DNA of 64,000 nt, from positions 3,426 through 67,425 of the forward strand of contig JADCEF010000046.1 of assembly GCA_020250445.1 (NCBI GenBank), written 5' to 3'. Position numbers and translations under genes: made by a program. Below the pieces are notes generated by a model. It was not told where the DNA came from. It saw nothing but the letters and a program-made list of their open reading frames with translations, and did no database searches. The DNA is from Rhodobacter sp. Lineage in GTDB: Bacteria; Pseudomonadota; Alphaproteobacteria; Rhodobacterales; Rhodobacteraceae. Position 1 is the first letter of the stretch. Every line of letters begins with the position of its first letter. Positions 1-13,698 of this stretch are shown here, piece by piece.

Positions 1-4
1 GGAT

Positions 5-1738
5 GTGACCCCGGCGCAGGCCATCCAGGCCCCGCGCTTTTCGGTCGAGCTTTTGCGCAACAACAACGGCATCTCGCTGATCGGGCTGGTGCCTGCGGCC
101 GAAGACGCCCCCGCCCTTGCCGAAGAGGTCGCCGCAGCAACCGACGGGGCGGAAGTGGCCGATATGCTGACCCGCGCCGATTATCCCGCCCCGGAAGGCT
201 GGGACAGGGCGGTCAGCTTTGGCCTGACCGCGCTTGCCATGCTGCCGCAATCCAAGATCTCGATCGACGCAGGCCGCGTTTCGGTCACGGCGATTTCCGG
301 GTCAGAGGCGGAAAAGCGGCGTCTGGAAGCCGAACTTGACCGCGCAAGGCCAGAGGGTCTGGCCGTCAGCGTGACGATATCTGCCCCCCGCCCGGTGCTG
401 ACACCCTTCACGCTGCGGTTCCTCAAGGATGACCGGGGTGCGCGCTTTGATGCCTGCTCGGCCGATACCGAAGCCGCACGCAACCGCATCATCGCCGCAG
501 CCGTGGCCGCAGGACTGACCGGAGAGGCCGATTGCACCATCGGGCTGGGGGTGCCCACGCCGCGCTGGGCAGAGGCCGCCGAGGTTGCCATCCGCGCCGT
601 CGGCGAACTTGGTGCCGGGTCGGTCACCTTCTCGGACGCCGATGTGTCACTGCTGGCCACGCTGGAAACCCCCCAGGCCGCTTTTGACCGCATCGTGGGC
701 GAGCTTGAAGCTGCCCTTCCAGAGGTCTTTTCCCTCAAGGCGACCCTGCCGGAAAAACCGAAGACTTCCGCCCCGGAAGGACCGGCCGAATTCATCGCGA
801 CGCTGTCGGCCGACGGCGCGGTGCAATTGCGCGGGCGCCTGACCGACGAGACGCTGCGCGACGCTGTCGGCAGCTTTGCCGCAGCGCGCTTCGGGGCGGC
901 AGATGTCTATATGGCAACGCGGCTGGATCCCGACCTGCCCGAAGGCTGGGCGGTGCGGGTGCTGACCGGGCTGCAGGCCATGTCCGAGCTGAACGAAGGA
1001 CAGGTAATCGTGCGCGCCGATATTGTAGAGGTGACGGGCGTCACCGCCCTGACCGGGGCACGCGCCGCGATCACCCGCACCCTGTCGGGCGGGCTGGGCC
1101 AGGGTCAGGCCTTTACGGTGGAAGTGCGCTATGACGAGGCGCTTGATCCCCAGGCGGCCCTGCCGACGCCGCAGGAATGCGTGACCGCCCTGAACGGTAT
1201 CCTGAAAAAGCAGAAGATCACCTTTGCGCCCGGATCGGCCGAGATCGAATCTGCGGCACGCGGCACCATGGATGCGCTGGCGGACCAGATGCGAAAATGC
1301 CCCGACATCGCCATGGAAATCGGCGGACACACCGATTCGCAGGGCCGCGACAGCAGCAATCTGGCGCTGAGCCAGGCCCGCGCCGAAGCGGTGCTGCTGG
1401 GCCTGCAGGGTCGTCGTGTGCTGGTCGGGTCGCTGACCGCCGTGGGATACGGCGAAACCCGCCCCCTGGCCGACAACGACAGCCCGTCCGGGCGCGAGGC
1501 CAACCGGCGGATCGAGTTTACCCTGCCCGGACAGGTCGCCGCCACCGCCGCCGGCCCCGCCCCGGCACCGGCCCCCGGATCGCCTGCTGCCGGTGCGTCG
1601 GCCCCGCCTGCGCCCCAGCCTGCGCCCCGGCCGGGGGACACACCCGCAGCAGCGGCCCCCGCGCCCGAAGAGCCTTTCGTTTCTTCTGCACCCGACGAAC
1701 CGACGCGCCGCGCCCGCCAGCGCCCCCAGGCCGAATAA
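5..1738 (+). CDS. OmpA-family (OmpA-C peptidoglycan-binding) protein with BON-like repeats and a Pro/Ala-rich tail; probably 5'-partial
   Basis: C-terminal OmpA motif ITFAPGSAEI...MEIGGHTDSQG...NLALSQARAEAV...GYGETRP...NRRIEF; repeated alpha/beta units upstream; ORF begins at the window edge. Confidence 0.85.
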   Translation: MTPAQAIQAPRFSVELLRNNNGISLIGLVPAAEDAPALAEEVAAATDGAEVADMLTRADYPAPEGWDRAVSFGLTALAMLPQSKISIDAGRVSVTAISGSEAEKRRLEAELDRARPEGLAVSVTISAPRPVLTPFTLRFLKDDRGARFDACSADTEAARNRIIAAAVAAGLTGEADCTIGLGVPTPRWAEAAEVAIRAVGELGAGSVTFSDADVSLLATLETPQAAFDRIVGELEAALPEVFSLKATLPEKPKTSAPEGPAEFIATLSADGAVQLRGRLTDETLRDAVGSFAAARFGAADVYMATRLDPDLPEGWAVRVLTGLQAMSELNEGQVIVRADIVEVTGVTALTGARAAITRTLSGGLGQGQAFTVEVRYDEALDPQAALPTPQECVTALNGILKKQKITFAPGSAEIESAARGTMDALADQMRKCPDIAMEIGGHTDSQGRDSSNLALSQARAEAVLLGLQGRRVLVGSLTAVGYGETRPLADNDSPSGREANRRIEFTLPGQVAATAAGPAPAPAPGSPAAGASAPPAPQPAPRPGDTPAAAAPAPEEPFVSSAPDEPTRRARQRPQAE

Positions 1739-1753
1739 GGATTTGCCCCAGCC

Positions 1754-2080
1754 ATGAACCGGCTTGAATTCATTGTTGCCACGTCGATCATCCTTTTTGC
1801 GGCCTTTGGGCTTGGCTGGTTTTCCTACTGGATCCTCCATCGCTTCAGCCCCATCGGCGCTGCCGACATGAACGAGGTCGACCGTCTGGCCCAGGCCCTG
1901 CACGAGGCCGAAGAAGCCCGCGAACAGGCGCTGATCTACATCGATCAGCGCGAGGAAGAGCTGGCCAACCGGATCGCCCAGACCGAGGCAGAGCTGCGTG
2001 CAGCCATGGACGGTCTGCGCAACGCCCGCCAGGAAGTCGAAGAAATGCGCGCCCACATCGACCGCCTCAACGCGTCCTGA
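1754..2080 (+). CDS. Small membrane-anchored coiled-coil protein
   Basis: N-terminal hydrophobic helix (FIVATSIILFAAFGLGWFSYWIL) followed by E/A/R-rich heptads; 15 nt after the ompA stop. Confidence 0.8.
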   Translation: MNRLEFIVATSIILFAAFGLGWFSYWILHRFSPIGAADMNEVDRLAQALHEAEEAREQALIYIDQREEELANRIAQTEAELRAAMDGLRNARQEVEEMRAHIDRLNAS

Positions 2081-2085
2081 CGCCG

Positions 2086-2155
2086 GACGGGGGGCTGTCT
2101 GCCCCCCGCGGCGCGTGCCGCGCCGTCCCCCCGAGGATACTTCTGAACAGATAAT
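2086..2155 (-). repeat. REP-like intergenic palindrome, copy 1
   Basis: Minus strand reads CTGTTCAGAAGTATCCTCGGGGGG...GGGGGGCAGACAGCCCCCC, the same layout as the copies at 33758 and 54890; lies between convergent genes. Confidence 0.6.
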
Positions 2156-2162
2156 CAGGCTG

Positions 2163-2954
2163 TCAGAAACCGCCCACCAGGGTTTCAACCAGCAGGCTGG
2201 CCGGATCGGCAAGGTCATCGATCACGTCAAAGTGGTGACGCCCCTGTGCCACATGCCAGGGGCAGTCCCAGGCTTCGGACAAAAGCCGGGCCTGCCACAG
2301 GAAGGCAGGCCGTTCCTGCCCGCCGACCCAGACAGTCACCCCGCAGTCGGGGTGCCACCGAAGAAGGGCGGGGCTTTCGGCGGCAACTTCAGCCTCGGTC
2401 AGCTGCAGGGTCTCGTTCATCTTTGTGGCGCGCAGCGGTTCCAGATCCGCCAGCGGGGAAATCGGAACCGACCGGACGACCCGCGCCGCCAGTCCCGTAT
2501 CCAGCACGCCCGCGCAGGCCATGCGTGCGGCAAGGTGGCCGCCCGCCGAATGGCCGGTAACGACGACAGGCCCGGCGCTTTGCGCCGCAACCGCCCCGAG
2601 GGCGGCCGCAATCTCGGCGGTCATTGCCGCAATCCGGGCCTCGGGTGCCAGCGTGTAGGAGGGCATCGCAACGGCCCAGCCGCGCGCCAGGGCTCCGGCG
2701 GCAAGATGCGACCAGCTGCTGCGATCAAAGGCCATCCAGTAGCCGCCATGCACGAAGACGACCGTTCCGCGCGCCGCCCCGCGGGGCCGGAACAGATCAA
2801 GGCGCTGCCGCTCTTTCGGCCCATAGGCCAGCCCGAGCGCTGCCCTTGGACCCATGCCGGTCCGGAACGCCGCCGCCTCTGCCGCCCAGCGGGCAGGATA
2901 GGCGTCTCCCCCCGCGATGAAGGCCCCGTTCGCATAGGCGAGGTCCATATCCAT
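2163..2954 (-). CDS. Alpha/beta hydrolase (arylformamidase/esterase-like)
   Basis: HGGYW oxyanion motif, GHSAGG nucleophile elbow, terminal HHFDV His; start trimmed to MDMDLAYAN. Confidence 0.85.
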   Translation of the reverse strand: MDMDLAYANGAFIAGGDAYPARWAAEAAAFRTGMGPRAALGLAYGPKERQRLDLFRPRGAARGTVVFVHGGYWMAFDRSSWSHLAAGALARGWAVAMPSYTLAPEARIAAMTAEIAAALGAVAAQSAGPVVVTGHSAGGHLAARMACAGVLDTGLAARVVRSVPISPLADLEPLRATKMNETLQLTEAEVAAESPALLRWHPDCGVTVWVGGQERPAFLWQARLLSEAWDCPWHVAQGRHHFDVIDDLADPASLLVETLVGGF

Positions 2955-3061
2955 GCCCGTCTCCGGAAATTGATCCCGAACCTGCCCAAGGTCCCGTCGG
3001 GAACTGGACATTGTCCCCCGGGCCATGTTTTGCATGGCCAGCCGTGAAATGGGAGGCCCGC

Positions 3062-4540
3062 ATGCTTGATGTCGTAACCGATCTGCCGTCACTTCTGAAA
3101 GACCCCACACTGCTGTCGTCGAAGGCGTTTGTCGGCGGCGAGTGGCGGGATGCCGATGACGGATCCACCTTTGCCGTGACGAACCCCGCCCGCGGCGATG
3201 TCATCTGTGCCGTGCCGAACATGAGCCGGGTCGAGACGGCCCGCGCCATCGCCGCCGCCGCTGTGGCGCAAAAGGAATGGGCGGCGCGCACCGGCAAGGA
3301 ACGCGCGCAGATCATGCGCAGGTGGTTCGACCTGATGATGGCCAACCAGGATGACCTGGCACGCATCCTGACCGCCGAAATGGGCAAACCCCTTGCCGAG
3401 GCCAGGGGCGAGATCGCCTATGGCGCGTCCTATATCGAATGGTTCGGCGAAGAGGCAAAGCGCGTCTACGGCGAAACCATCCCCGGCCATATGCGCGACA
3501 AACGCCTGACGGTGATCAGGCAGCCCGTCGGTGTGGTTGCCTCGATCACGCCCTGGAACTTTCCCAATGCGATGATCGCGCGCAAGGCCGCCCCGGCGAT
3601 TGCGGCCGGCTGTGCCTTTGTGGCCCGACCTGCCGCCGAAACGCCGCTGTCGGCGCTGGCGATGGCCGTGCTGGCTGACAGGGCCGGCCTGCCCAGGGGC
3701 ATCCTGTCGGTCATCACCTCAAAGCGCGCATCCGACATCGGCAAGGAATTCTGCGAGAATCCCGCGGTACGCAAGCTGACCTTCACCGGGTCGACCGAGG
3801 TGGGGCGGATCCTGCTGAAGCAGGCCGCAGACCAGGTGATGAAATGCTCGATGGAACTGGGCGGCAATGCCCCCTTCATCGTCTTTGACGACGCCGATCT
3901 GGATGCGGCGGTGGCGGGGGCCATGGCATCCAAGTTCCGCAACAACGGCCAGACCTGCGTCTGCGCCAACCGCATCTACGTGCAGGCCGGCGTTCATGAC
4001 GCCTTCGCGGCAAAGCTTGCGGCAGCCGTCGCCAAACTCAACGTGGGCGATGGCCTGAAGGACGGGATCGACACCGGACCGCTGGTGAACATGGATGCCG
4101 TCGACAAGGTCGAGGAACATATCGCCGACATCCTGACCAAGGGCGGCAGGATCGTGACCGGGGGCAGGCGCCATGTGCTGGGCGGGTCGTTCTTTGAACC
4201 CACGATCATCACCGGCGTGACCCAGGATATGCTGGTCAGCCGCGAAGAAACCTTTGGCCCGCTGGCCCCGCTGTACCGTTTCGAGACCGAGCAAGAGGTG
4301 ATCGCCAGGGCAAATGACACGATCTTCGGCCTTGCGTCGTATTTCTATGCCCGCGACATCGGCCGGATCACCCGCGTTCAGGAAGCGCTGGAATACGGAA
4401 TGGTGGGTGTGAATACCGGTCTGATTTCCACCGAAGTGGCCCCTTTCGGCGGCATCAAGCAATCCGGCCTTGGCCGCGAAGGCTCGCGCCACGGAATGGA
4501 CGACTACACGGAGATGAAATACATCTGCCTGGCGGTGTGA
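3062..4540 (+). CDS. gabD: NAD(P)-dependent succinate-semialdehyde dehydrogenase
   Basis: ALDH motifs ITPWNFP, FTGSTEVG, MELGGNAP, GQTCVC, EETFGP, PFGGIKQSGLGREGS; start trimmed to MLDVVTDL after GGAGG. Confidence 0.92.
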   Translation: MLDVVTDLPSLLKDPTLLSSKAFVGGEWRDADDGSTFAVTNPARGDVICAVPNMSRVETARAIAAAAVAQKEWAARTGKERAQIMRRWFDLMMANQDDLARILTAEMGKPLAEARGEIAYGASYIEWFGEEAKRVYGETIPGHMRDKRLTVIRQPVGVVASITPWNFPNAMIARKAAPAIAAGCAFVARPAAETPLSALAMAVLADRAGLPRGILSVITSKRASDIGKEFCENPAVRKLTFTGSTEVGRILLKQAADQVMKCSMELGGNAPFIVFDDADLDAAVAGAMASKFRNNGQTCVCANRIYVQAGVHDAFAAKLAAAVAKLNVGDGLKDGIDTGPLVNMDAVDKVEEHIADILTKGGRIVTGGRRHVLGGSFFEPTIITGVTQDMLVSREETFGPLAPLYRFETEQEVIARANDTIFGLASYFYARDIGRITRVQEALEYGMVGVNTGLISTEVAPFGGIKQSGLGREGSRHGMDDYTEMKYICLAV

Positions 4541-4643
4541 TCGCGCGGCGCGGCGGCGGGGCAAGGGCAGGCACCGGGGCGGACAGTCTGGTCGCGTCGC
4601 CCGGCCCGGATAAGGATGCCCCTGCGCGAGTTTGCGCGGCGCC

Positions 4644-6089
4644 TTAGCCTGCCGCTGTCTCCTGCTGCGCTTCGGCCGACGGTTCGGGGCCGGCGGCCTG
4701 CGGCAGGCGGATCACCGTGACGCTGCAGGGCGCCTGTGCCACGACCTGGCTGGACACCGACCCCAGATAGCGGCGGGCCGTCGATGCGCCCCGCGCGCCC
4801 ATCAGGATGTGATCAACGTGATTGCGGGTGGCATGATCGATGATGGCGCTGCCCGGTTCGCTGTTCTCCAGGACCGAACAGGTCACCCGCCCCTCGCCCA
4901 GACCCAGGCCCGCCGCCCAGGCCTTGAGCGCGACCAGCCGGGACAGATGAATATTGTTCCCCTCGTCATCCAGCGCCTGATCCAGCCCGATCCGGAGCGT
5001 CTTGATCACGTTGACGCAGGCCACGCGCGCATCCGGCTGGATCACCAGCATCCGCAGCACCGATTGCCGCAGATGCCCTGCCAGCCCTTCCATCTCGGGC
5101 GAAAGATCCACTGCCACCATCAGGATCGGGGCCCTGTCGATCTGCGCCGCCAGGCTTGGCGGTGCGGCAAAGCCCGTCACACGCCGCATCCGGCGCCAGC
5201 GGCGGAACACCGTGGGAAAGGAATCCCGCACCACCTTTCTTGCCCGGTCCGTCAGCACCACCTGCGCCGGATGCTGCAGGTCAAACAGCATCTGCGCGGC
5301 AGACTGGTACCGCGCCGCAGGGTCCGCCTCAAGCGCACGCAGGATGACCTCCTGCAGCCATTCGGGGAAGGCGGGAACCAGCCCGCGCGGCGGCTCGGGG
5401 TCGCGCCACAGGCGTTGCCGCACCTGCCTAAGCCGCTGCGGCGTGCCGAAGGGTTTGCGGCCTGTCGCCAGCTCATAGGTCATGGCACCCAGCGCGAAGA
5501 TGTCGCTGCGCAGATCGTCACGCTGCCGCAGATATTGTTCGGGCGCGATGTAGGGAAAGGTGCCCATCGGGATCTGGAACTCTTCCGCCAGCAGATCGGG
5601 CAGCTCGTCATGCCGCGACAGGCCGAAGTCGATGCAGACGATCTCTCCGGTCGGGCGGCGCAGGAAATTGTCGGGCTTCAGGTCCAGATGCACGACATGC
5701 TGGCGGTGCAGGTCATGCACGGCCCGCACCATCGCCGCCGAAACCTCCACCACCTCGTCCACCGGGCGCGGCGCGGTGCCGAACAGCCCCAGCAGTGACG
5801 CACCGGCGATCCGTTCGGTCACCAGATAGGGCATCACCGCGAAATCGCCCACCGCGATCACCTGCGGCACATGCGGGCCGGTCAGGCGCGGCAGGATCAT
5901 CTGTTCCACCTCGAAGCCCACGATGGTCGGCGCGTCATAGCCATCCAGGATCGTGGGCACCTTCATGACCATCCGCAGCGCGTGATCGGGATGGGTCACA
6001 TCCCAGATGGTGGCGAAGCCGCCCCGGTGAAGGCAGGGTCCCAGCGTAAATCCGTCAATCTGCAAGCCCTGATACGGCCTGGTCTGCAT
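4644..6089 (-). CDS. Hanks-type Ser/Thr protein kinase fused to a C-terminal universal stress protein (UspA) domain
   Basis: Kinase motifs VMKVP, HLDLKPDN, DFGLS, GTFPYIAPEQ, DIFALG; USP motifs ILMVAVDLS, DHILMGARG, LGSVSSQVVAQAPCSVTVIR. Confidence 0.9.
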   Translation of the reverse strand: MQTRPYQGLQIDGFTLGPCLHRGGFATIWDVTHPDHALRMVMKVPTILDGYDAPTIVGFEVEQMILPRLTGPHVPQVIAVGDFAVMPYLVTERIAGASLLGLFGTAPRPVDEVVEVSAAMVRAVHDLHRQHVVHLDLKPDNFLRRPTGEIVCIDFGLSRHDELPDLLAEEFQIPMGTFPYIAPEQYLRQRDDLRSDIFALGAMTYELATGRKPFGTPQRLRQVRQRLWRDPEPPRGLVPAFPEWLQEVILRALEADPAARYQSAAQMLFDLQHPAQVVLTDRARKVVRDSFPTVFRRWRRMRRVTGFAAPPSLAAQIDRAPILMVAVDLSPEMEGLAGHLRQSVLRMLVIQPDARVACVNVIKTLRIGLDQALDDEGNNIHLSRLVALKAWAAGLGLGEGRVTCSVLENSEPGSAIIDHATRNHVDHILMGARGASTARRYLGSVSSQVVAQAPCSVTVIRLPQAAGPEPSAEAQQETAAG

Positions 6090-6091
6090 GG

Positions 6092-6832
6092 TCAGCTTCC
6101 CCTCAGCAATCGCAGCGCCAGCGTTTCCGGCAGGCCGGCCGCGCGCAGCTTTGACGCCGTGGCGGCACAGTCATAGGCCACCCGGCGAAAGGTCAGCACC
6201 TGCAAGGCCGTATCGAACAGGGCGTAGCCCGCCTGCGCCACCCCGTCGCGCGGCTGGCCGACCGATCCCACGACGGCCAGCCAGCGCCGCGACCGCAGCA
6301 AGGGCACCGGCTTGGCCATCGGAAGCCGGTGGCCGCGCACCGTGCCGCGGATATCGCAGGTGAACAGCGCCGGAACATGGACATGGCCGCAGAAAATCAC
6401 CTGCGCCGTGCTGACGCGAAAGCTGGGCATCGCAGAGCGTTCCGAGGTGACATAGATCCACCCGGACGGGTCATTGGCGCTGGCATGGACGAAAAGCACA
6501 TCGTCCAGCATCACCGTCACCGGCAGTGCTGCCAGAAACGCCGCCTGCCCCGCCGTCAGCTGCGGGCGTGTCCAGTCGATTGCGGCCCTTGCGATGGCTG
6601 TCATGCTTTGCGACGGCGTGGCGATGGCGCTGTCATGGTTTCCCTTCACGCATAGCGCGCCCTGAGCGACCAGATCCATCACCCTGTCGACGCACCACCC
6701 CGGGTCGGGGCCATAGCCCACGATATCGCCCAGCACCGCAATCCGGTCCACCTGCCGGGCGGCAAGGTCGGCCAGCACCGCCGCCAAGGCCTCGCGGTTG
6801 CCATGGATATCGGTCAGCAAGGCAATGCGCAT
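6092..6832 (-). CDS. Calcineurin-like metallophosphoesterase (PPP-like)
   Basis: DIHGN, GDIVGYG, GNHD, CGHVH, GSVGQPRDG motifs; start trimmed to MRIALLTD; stop 2 nt before the kinase ATG. Confidence 0.9.
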   Translation of the reverse strand: MRIALLTDIHGNREALAAVLADLAARQVDRIAVLGDIVGYGPDPGWCVDRVMDLVAQGALCVKGNHDSAIATPSQSMTAIARAAIDWTRPQLTAGQAAFLAALPVTVMLDDVLFVHASANDPSGWIYVTSERSAMPSFRVSTAQVIFCGHVHVPALFTCDIRGTVRGHRLPMAKPVPLLRSRRWLAVVGSVGQPRDGVAQAGYALFDTALQVLTFRRVAYDCAATASKLRAAGLPETLALRLLRGS

Positions 6833-6973
6833 GGCTGGGTATCCCACGGGCGTACACCCCACGCTAACGCGGCAGCGATTTGCCGCGCCATGCGCTGGAT
6901 CAAGTGCGAACGTTGCGCCCAGGCCCTGTTTGGGCTACATCCGCTGTTCATCATACCGGCGCAAGGGCCCCCT

Positions 6974-8248
6974 GTGATAGCCGAAATCCTGATCGTCGCT
7001 GCCCTGATCCTGCTCAACGGGGCGCTGGCCATGTCGGAACTTGCGGTCGTCTCGGCCCGCCCGGCCCGGCTGAAGATAATGGCGGACAGCGGCAGCAGCG
7101 GTGCAGCGGCAGCCTTGCGTCTGGCGCAGGATCCGGGGCGCTTTCTGTCTGCGGTTCAGATCGGCATCACCCTGGTCGGCGTGCTGTCCGGGGCATTCTC
7201 GGGTGCCACGCTGGGGGCGCGCCTGTCGGGCTGGCTGTCGGCCCAGGGGCTGGACGCCCGGTGGTCCTACTTGCTGGGCGTGGGGACTGTCGTGGTTCTG
7301 CTGACCTACCTGTCGCTGATCGTGGGCGAGCTGGTACCCAAGCAGATCGCGCTGAAGAACCCCGAAGGCGTCGCAGCGCGCGTTGCCCCGGCGATGACCC
7401 TGATGTCGCGCGTCTCTGCCCCGCTTGTGTGGCTGCTGCACAGTTCGGGCAAGCTGGTGCTGGCGCTGCTGGGACAGTCGGCCGAGGCGCAAAACCGCGT
7501 CACCGATGAAGAGGTGCGCACCCTTCTGGCCGAGGCGCATGAAGGCGGCATCATCGAAACCGAAGAGCAGGAAATGCTGTCGGGCGTCATGCGCCTGGCC
7601 GACCGGTCGGCCCGCGCCCTGATGACCCCGCGCCGCGATGTGGAACTGCTGGATCTCGATGCGGCACCCGAAGACACGCTGGAGGCGATCCGCCGCATCG
7701 CGCGCCCACGCATTCCCGTGCGCAACCCCGACAATGACGAGGTGCTGGGTGTTCTTTACCTGACCGATGCCTTCGCGGCGCTGTCGCGGGGCGAGCCGCT
7801 GGATCTGGCGGCCCTGATGCGCGAGGTGCCCGTGGTGTCGGACCGCGCCGATGCGCTGGATGTGATCGAAATCCTGCGTGCCTCGCCCAATCACATGGCG
7901 CTGGTCTATGATGAATATGGTGCCTTCGAAGGCATCATCACCACCGGCGATATCCTCGAGGCGATCACCGGCACCTTCAAGGAAAGCCTGGCCGAGGAAC
8001 CCGCCCTGCTGCAGCGCGAAGACGGCAGCTATCTGGTGTCGGGCTGGATGCCGGTCGATGAATTCTGCGACAGGCTGTCCTTTCCGCGTGCCCTGGCGGG
8101 AGATTACGAAACCGTCGCGGGCCTGGTCATCAACCACCTGCGCCGCCTGCCCGCCCTGGGCGATGCCTTTACCCTGAACGGCTGGCGGTTCGAGGTGATT
8201 GACCTTGACGACCGGCGCATCGACAAGCTGCTGGTCGCACGGGTCTAA
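6974..8248 (+). CDS. Hemolysin-family HlyC/CorC transporter (DUF21-CBS-CBS-CorC)
   Basis: NGALAMSELAVVS, FLSAVQIGITL, GELVPK, LMTPR, VYDEYG, GDYETVAG, DDRRIDK; GTG start inferred. Confidence 0.9.
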   Translation: MIAEILIVAALILLNGALAMSELAVVSARPARLKIMADSGSSGAAAALRLAQDPGRFLSAVQIGITLVGVLSGAFSGATLGARLSGWLSAQGLDARWSYLLGVGTVVVLLTYLSLIVGELVPKQIALKNPEGVAARVAPAMTLMSRVSAPLVWLLHSSGKLVLALLGQSAEAQNRVTDEEVRTLLAEAHEGGIIETEEQEMLSGVMRLADRSARALMTPRRDVELLDLDAAPEDTLEAIRRIARPRIPVRNPDNDEVLGVLYLTDAFAALSRGEPLDLAALMREVPVVSDRADALDVIEILRASPNHMALVYDEYGAFEGIITTGDILEAITGTFKESLAEEPALLQREDGSYLVSGWMPVDEFCDRLSFPRALAGDYETVAGLVINHLRRLPALGDAFTLNGWRFEVIDLDDRRIDKLLVARV

Positions 8249-8439
8249 GCCATGCCTGCGTCAGCCTGCCGCAAGACATGAACCGGTATGCGCCGGGCAA
8301 GCGGGCGAGACGACCGGGACGGAACCGAACCACCCAAGGGACGTCAATCCAGACCACGGCACCGCGCTGCCCCAGCACCCTGCAGCGCCCCCTGCCTCCC
8401 GCCGGGGTGCCGGAGGCAGGCCAGACCCTTGGGGGCAGG

Positions 8440-8562
8440 TCAGAGATACTGGGGCAGGTGCAGACCGGCGATCAGCAGCGCGAACAGGGTCACCACGCCA
8501 AGGGCGTCTTCGCAAACGGCACGCGGTGAACGGGCAAGAACAGTTCCGGCTTCTTTCAGCAT
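8440..8562 (-). CDS. 40-aa hydrophobic small protein (MLKEAGTVLARSPRAVCEDALGVVTLFALLIAGLHLPQYL)
   Basis: GGAGG RBS a few nt before the ATG; one C-terminal TM helix; LexA box upstream; resembles a recalled Rhodobacteraceae small-protein pattern (DALG...GL.LP). Confidence 0.7.
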   Translation of the reverse strand: MLKEAGTVLARSPRAVCEDALGVVTLFALLIAGLHLPQYL

Positions 8563-8613
8563 GGCATCCTCCGTTGTTGCTTTTTTGTTCTCATATGAGT
8601 CGCCGCAAGTAAA

Positions 8614-8628
8614 GAACTTATTGCGAAC
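8614..8628 (-). promoter_or_regulatory. LexA (SOS) box, alphaproteobacterial type GTTC-N7-GTTC
   Basis: + strand GAAC-TTATTGC-GAAC; a third GAAC follows at N6 spacing; sits in an AT-rich gap between the recG stop and the small ORF. Confidence 0.75.
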
Positions 8629-8644
8629 ATGGCGGAACAAAAAG

Positions 8645-12924
<4,280 letters not shown>

Positions 12925-13635
12925 TCAGGCGCTTGCCGCAACCCTGCGCTGAGATTGCAGACCGGGTTCCCGAAGGACATAGCCGCGCCCCCATACCGTC
13001 TCAATATGGTTATGGCCGCCGGTCGCCTCAGCCAGCTTCTTGCGCAATTTGCAGATGAAGACATCGATGATCTTCAATTCCGGTTCATCCATGCCGCCGT
13101 AAAGATGGTTCAGGAACATTTCCTTGGTCAGCGTTGTCCCCTTGCGCAGCGACAACAGTTCCAACATCTGGTATTCCTTGCCCGTCAGATGAACAAGCTC
13201 GCCGTTCACGTCCACCGTCTTCGCGTCCAGATTGACATTGATCTGTCCGGTCCGGATGATGGATTGGGCGTGGCCCTTGGACCGCCGGATGATGGCATGG
13301 ATGCGCGCGACCAGCTCTTCCCGATGGAAGGGCTTTGTCATGTAATCGTCGGCACCGAACCCAAAACCCTTGAGTTTGCTTTCGGAATCATCCGATCCGG
13401 ACAGGATCAGGATGGGCGTTTCCACACGCGCCAGGCGCAACTGGCGCAGAACCTCGTGGCCGTTCATATCGGGCAGGTTGAGATCCAGAAGGATAAGATC
13501 ATAATCGTACAATTTCGCCAGATCGATGCCTTCTTCGCCAAGGTCCGTGCAGTAAACGTTCAGATTGGCATGCGTCAGCATCAGCTCGATGCTGCGCGAC
13601 GTCGCCGGATCATCTTCCACAAGCAGTACCCGCAT
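12925..13635 (-). CDS. ctrA: Cell-cycle response regulator CtrA
   Basis: MRVLLVEDD...[15 protein letters not shown]...[18 protein letters not shown]...[20 protein letters not shown]...IETVWGRGY. Confidence 0.97.
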   Translation of the reverse strand: MRVLLVEDDPATSRSIELMLTHANLNVYCTDLGEEGIDLAKLYDYDLILLDLNLPDMNGHEVLRQLRLARVETPILILSGSDDSESKLKGFGFGADDYMTKPFHREELVARIHAIIRRSKGHAQSIIRTGQINVNLDAKTVDVNGELVHLTGKEYQMLELLSLRKGTTLTKEMFLNHLYGGMDEPELKIIDVFICKLRKKLAEATGGHNHIETVWGRGYVLREPGLQSQRRVAASA

Positions 13636-13678
13636 TCCAAAGCTCCACGTAGGTTGTCTTTTAATGATCCTGACGGCC

Positions 13679-13698
13679 AATGGTTAATCGGACGTTAC
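13679..13698. promoter_or_regulatory. CtrA-binding site in the ctrA promoter
   Basis: TTAA-TCGGACG-TTAC at 13684-13698 (near TTAA-N7-TTAA) and TTAACCAT half-site on the minus strand at 13680-13687. Confidence 0.6.
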
